Part shown: piece by piece, positions 23,658-24,000 of the stretch | Layout of the letters: every line of letters begins with the position of its first letter | Position numbering within the stretch: position 1 is the stretch's first letter | Assembly: GCA_964501925.1 (NCBI GenBank) | Contig: CAZCTM010000023.1 | Coordinates: 1-24,000 of the forward strand | Reading direction: 5' to 3' | DNA from: an uncultured Zetaproteobacteria bacterium | GTDB taxonomy: Bacteria > Pseudomonadota > Zetaproteobacteria > Mariprofundales > Mariprofundaceae | Length of the DNA stretch: 24,000 bases | The notes under the pieces: generated by a model | What the model was told of the DNA's origin: nothing | The model's input: only the letters and a program-made list of their open reading frames with translations | Database searches by the model: none | Made by a program: the position numbers and the translations under genes

Positions 23658-24000
23658 CTATCCCTCTGGCGTTACGGTCTCTTCGGTTCGCTCCCTGTTA
23701 TTCGCATCCACCTGAGATGTCTCCATCTTTCTGCTTTGGGGACGTGCCCGCCTGGCACGATTCTGCTGGTTTGAACGCCTTTGCCCTGCCTGCTGTTTCC
23801 TTTGGCCTCTGTTTTCGGGTTGTTTGTTTCGGCTCTCGGAAGAGGCGGCCTGATTCGAACCGCCCTGTTCCGGGTTCCGGGTTTGCTGGCGCGATGCGGA
23901 TCGTGATCTGCGTGACCTGTTCGAGCGGTTATTGCGTCTGCGCTGCCTTTGGACCTCCTGCTTTGGAGCCTCGGTGACGATGACTTCAGGTTCGGGGGCC
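23658..24000 (-). CDS. Partial CDS (3' end): Arg/Gln/Asn-rich basic low-complexity C-terminal tail, possibly an RNA-binding enzyme (RNase E/G or DEAD-box helicase type)
   Basis: Stop-free reading frame from the window edge to TAG 23658-23660, manually translated: ...QRQRRRNNRSNRSRRSRSASRQQTRNPEQ...NRARRARPQSRKMETSQVDANNRERTEETVTPEG*. It is absent from the ORF track because the start lies outside the window. Identity is uncertain. Confidence 0.4.
   Translation of the reverse strand, partial: APEPEVIVTEAPKQEVQRQRRRNNRSNRSRRSRSASRQQTRNPEQGGSNQAASSESRNKQPENRGQRKQQAGQRRSNQQNRARRARPQSRKMETSQVDANNRERTEETVTPEG

Noticed and set aside
22935-23774. A 279-aa plus-strand ORF across the rluD region.
   Set aside because: It is antisense to rluD, whose catalytic and S4 motifs are clear on the minus strand, and it has no recognisable features of its own.
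23843-23866. A tRNA-like T-loop sequence (GGTTCGAATC) on the minus strand.
   Set aside because: The flanking bases do not form a 5-bp T-stem, and no acceptor or anticodon arms can be drawn. It lies within the open basic-tail reading frame (codons ...GGS NQA...).

Overview
This is a chromosomal window from a diderm, proteobacteria-like genome. BamD, BamE, a FadL-type porin and the LPS-heptose epimerase HldD are present, and ScpAB implies an SMC-type condensin. I support about 31 protein-coding genes and found no rRNA, tRNA or CRISPR array. Minus-strand housekeeping blocks are: an Nth-like glycosylase; trpS-scpA-scpB-rluB; pyrD; hldD-bamE-small membrane protein; and a partial basic-tail gene followed by rluD-pgeF-bamD. 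These alternate with plus-strand accessory clusters: (i) a SYLF-domain protein and a RibD-C-type reductase; (ii) arsS-arsM (arsenosugar-type arsenic methylation/adenosylation), followed by a truncated cupredoxin remnant; (iii) a secreted mono-heme cytochrome c carrying 11 Asn-Pro-Cys repeats, plus a secreted penta-heme cytochrome; (iv) an ECF sigma and a small soluble RsrA-type zinc anti-sigma, divergent from a tightly coupled four-gene operon (secreted Cys protein, TVP38/DedA-like membrane protein, MerA/Lpd-like flavoprotein, secreted DUF547); (v) a VolA-like lipoprotein lipase plus FadL. My best candidates for an undescribed system are cluster (iv), an envelope-spanning redox module of unknown function with a putative thiol-sensing regulator, and cluster (iii), the NPC-repeat cytochrome pair. 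Other notable observations are a 243-bp MITE-like element with 18-bp perfect inverted ends sitting on the CTAG stop codons of two convergent genes, and an rluD whose S4 domain lies upstream of any ATG/GTG/TTG. All functional calls rest on motifs read by eye. No database search was run.
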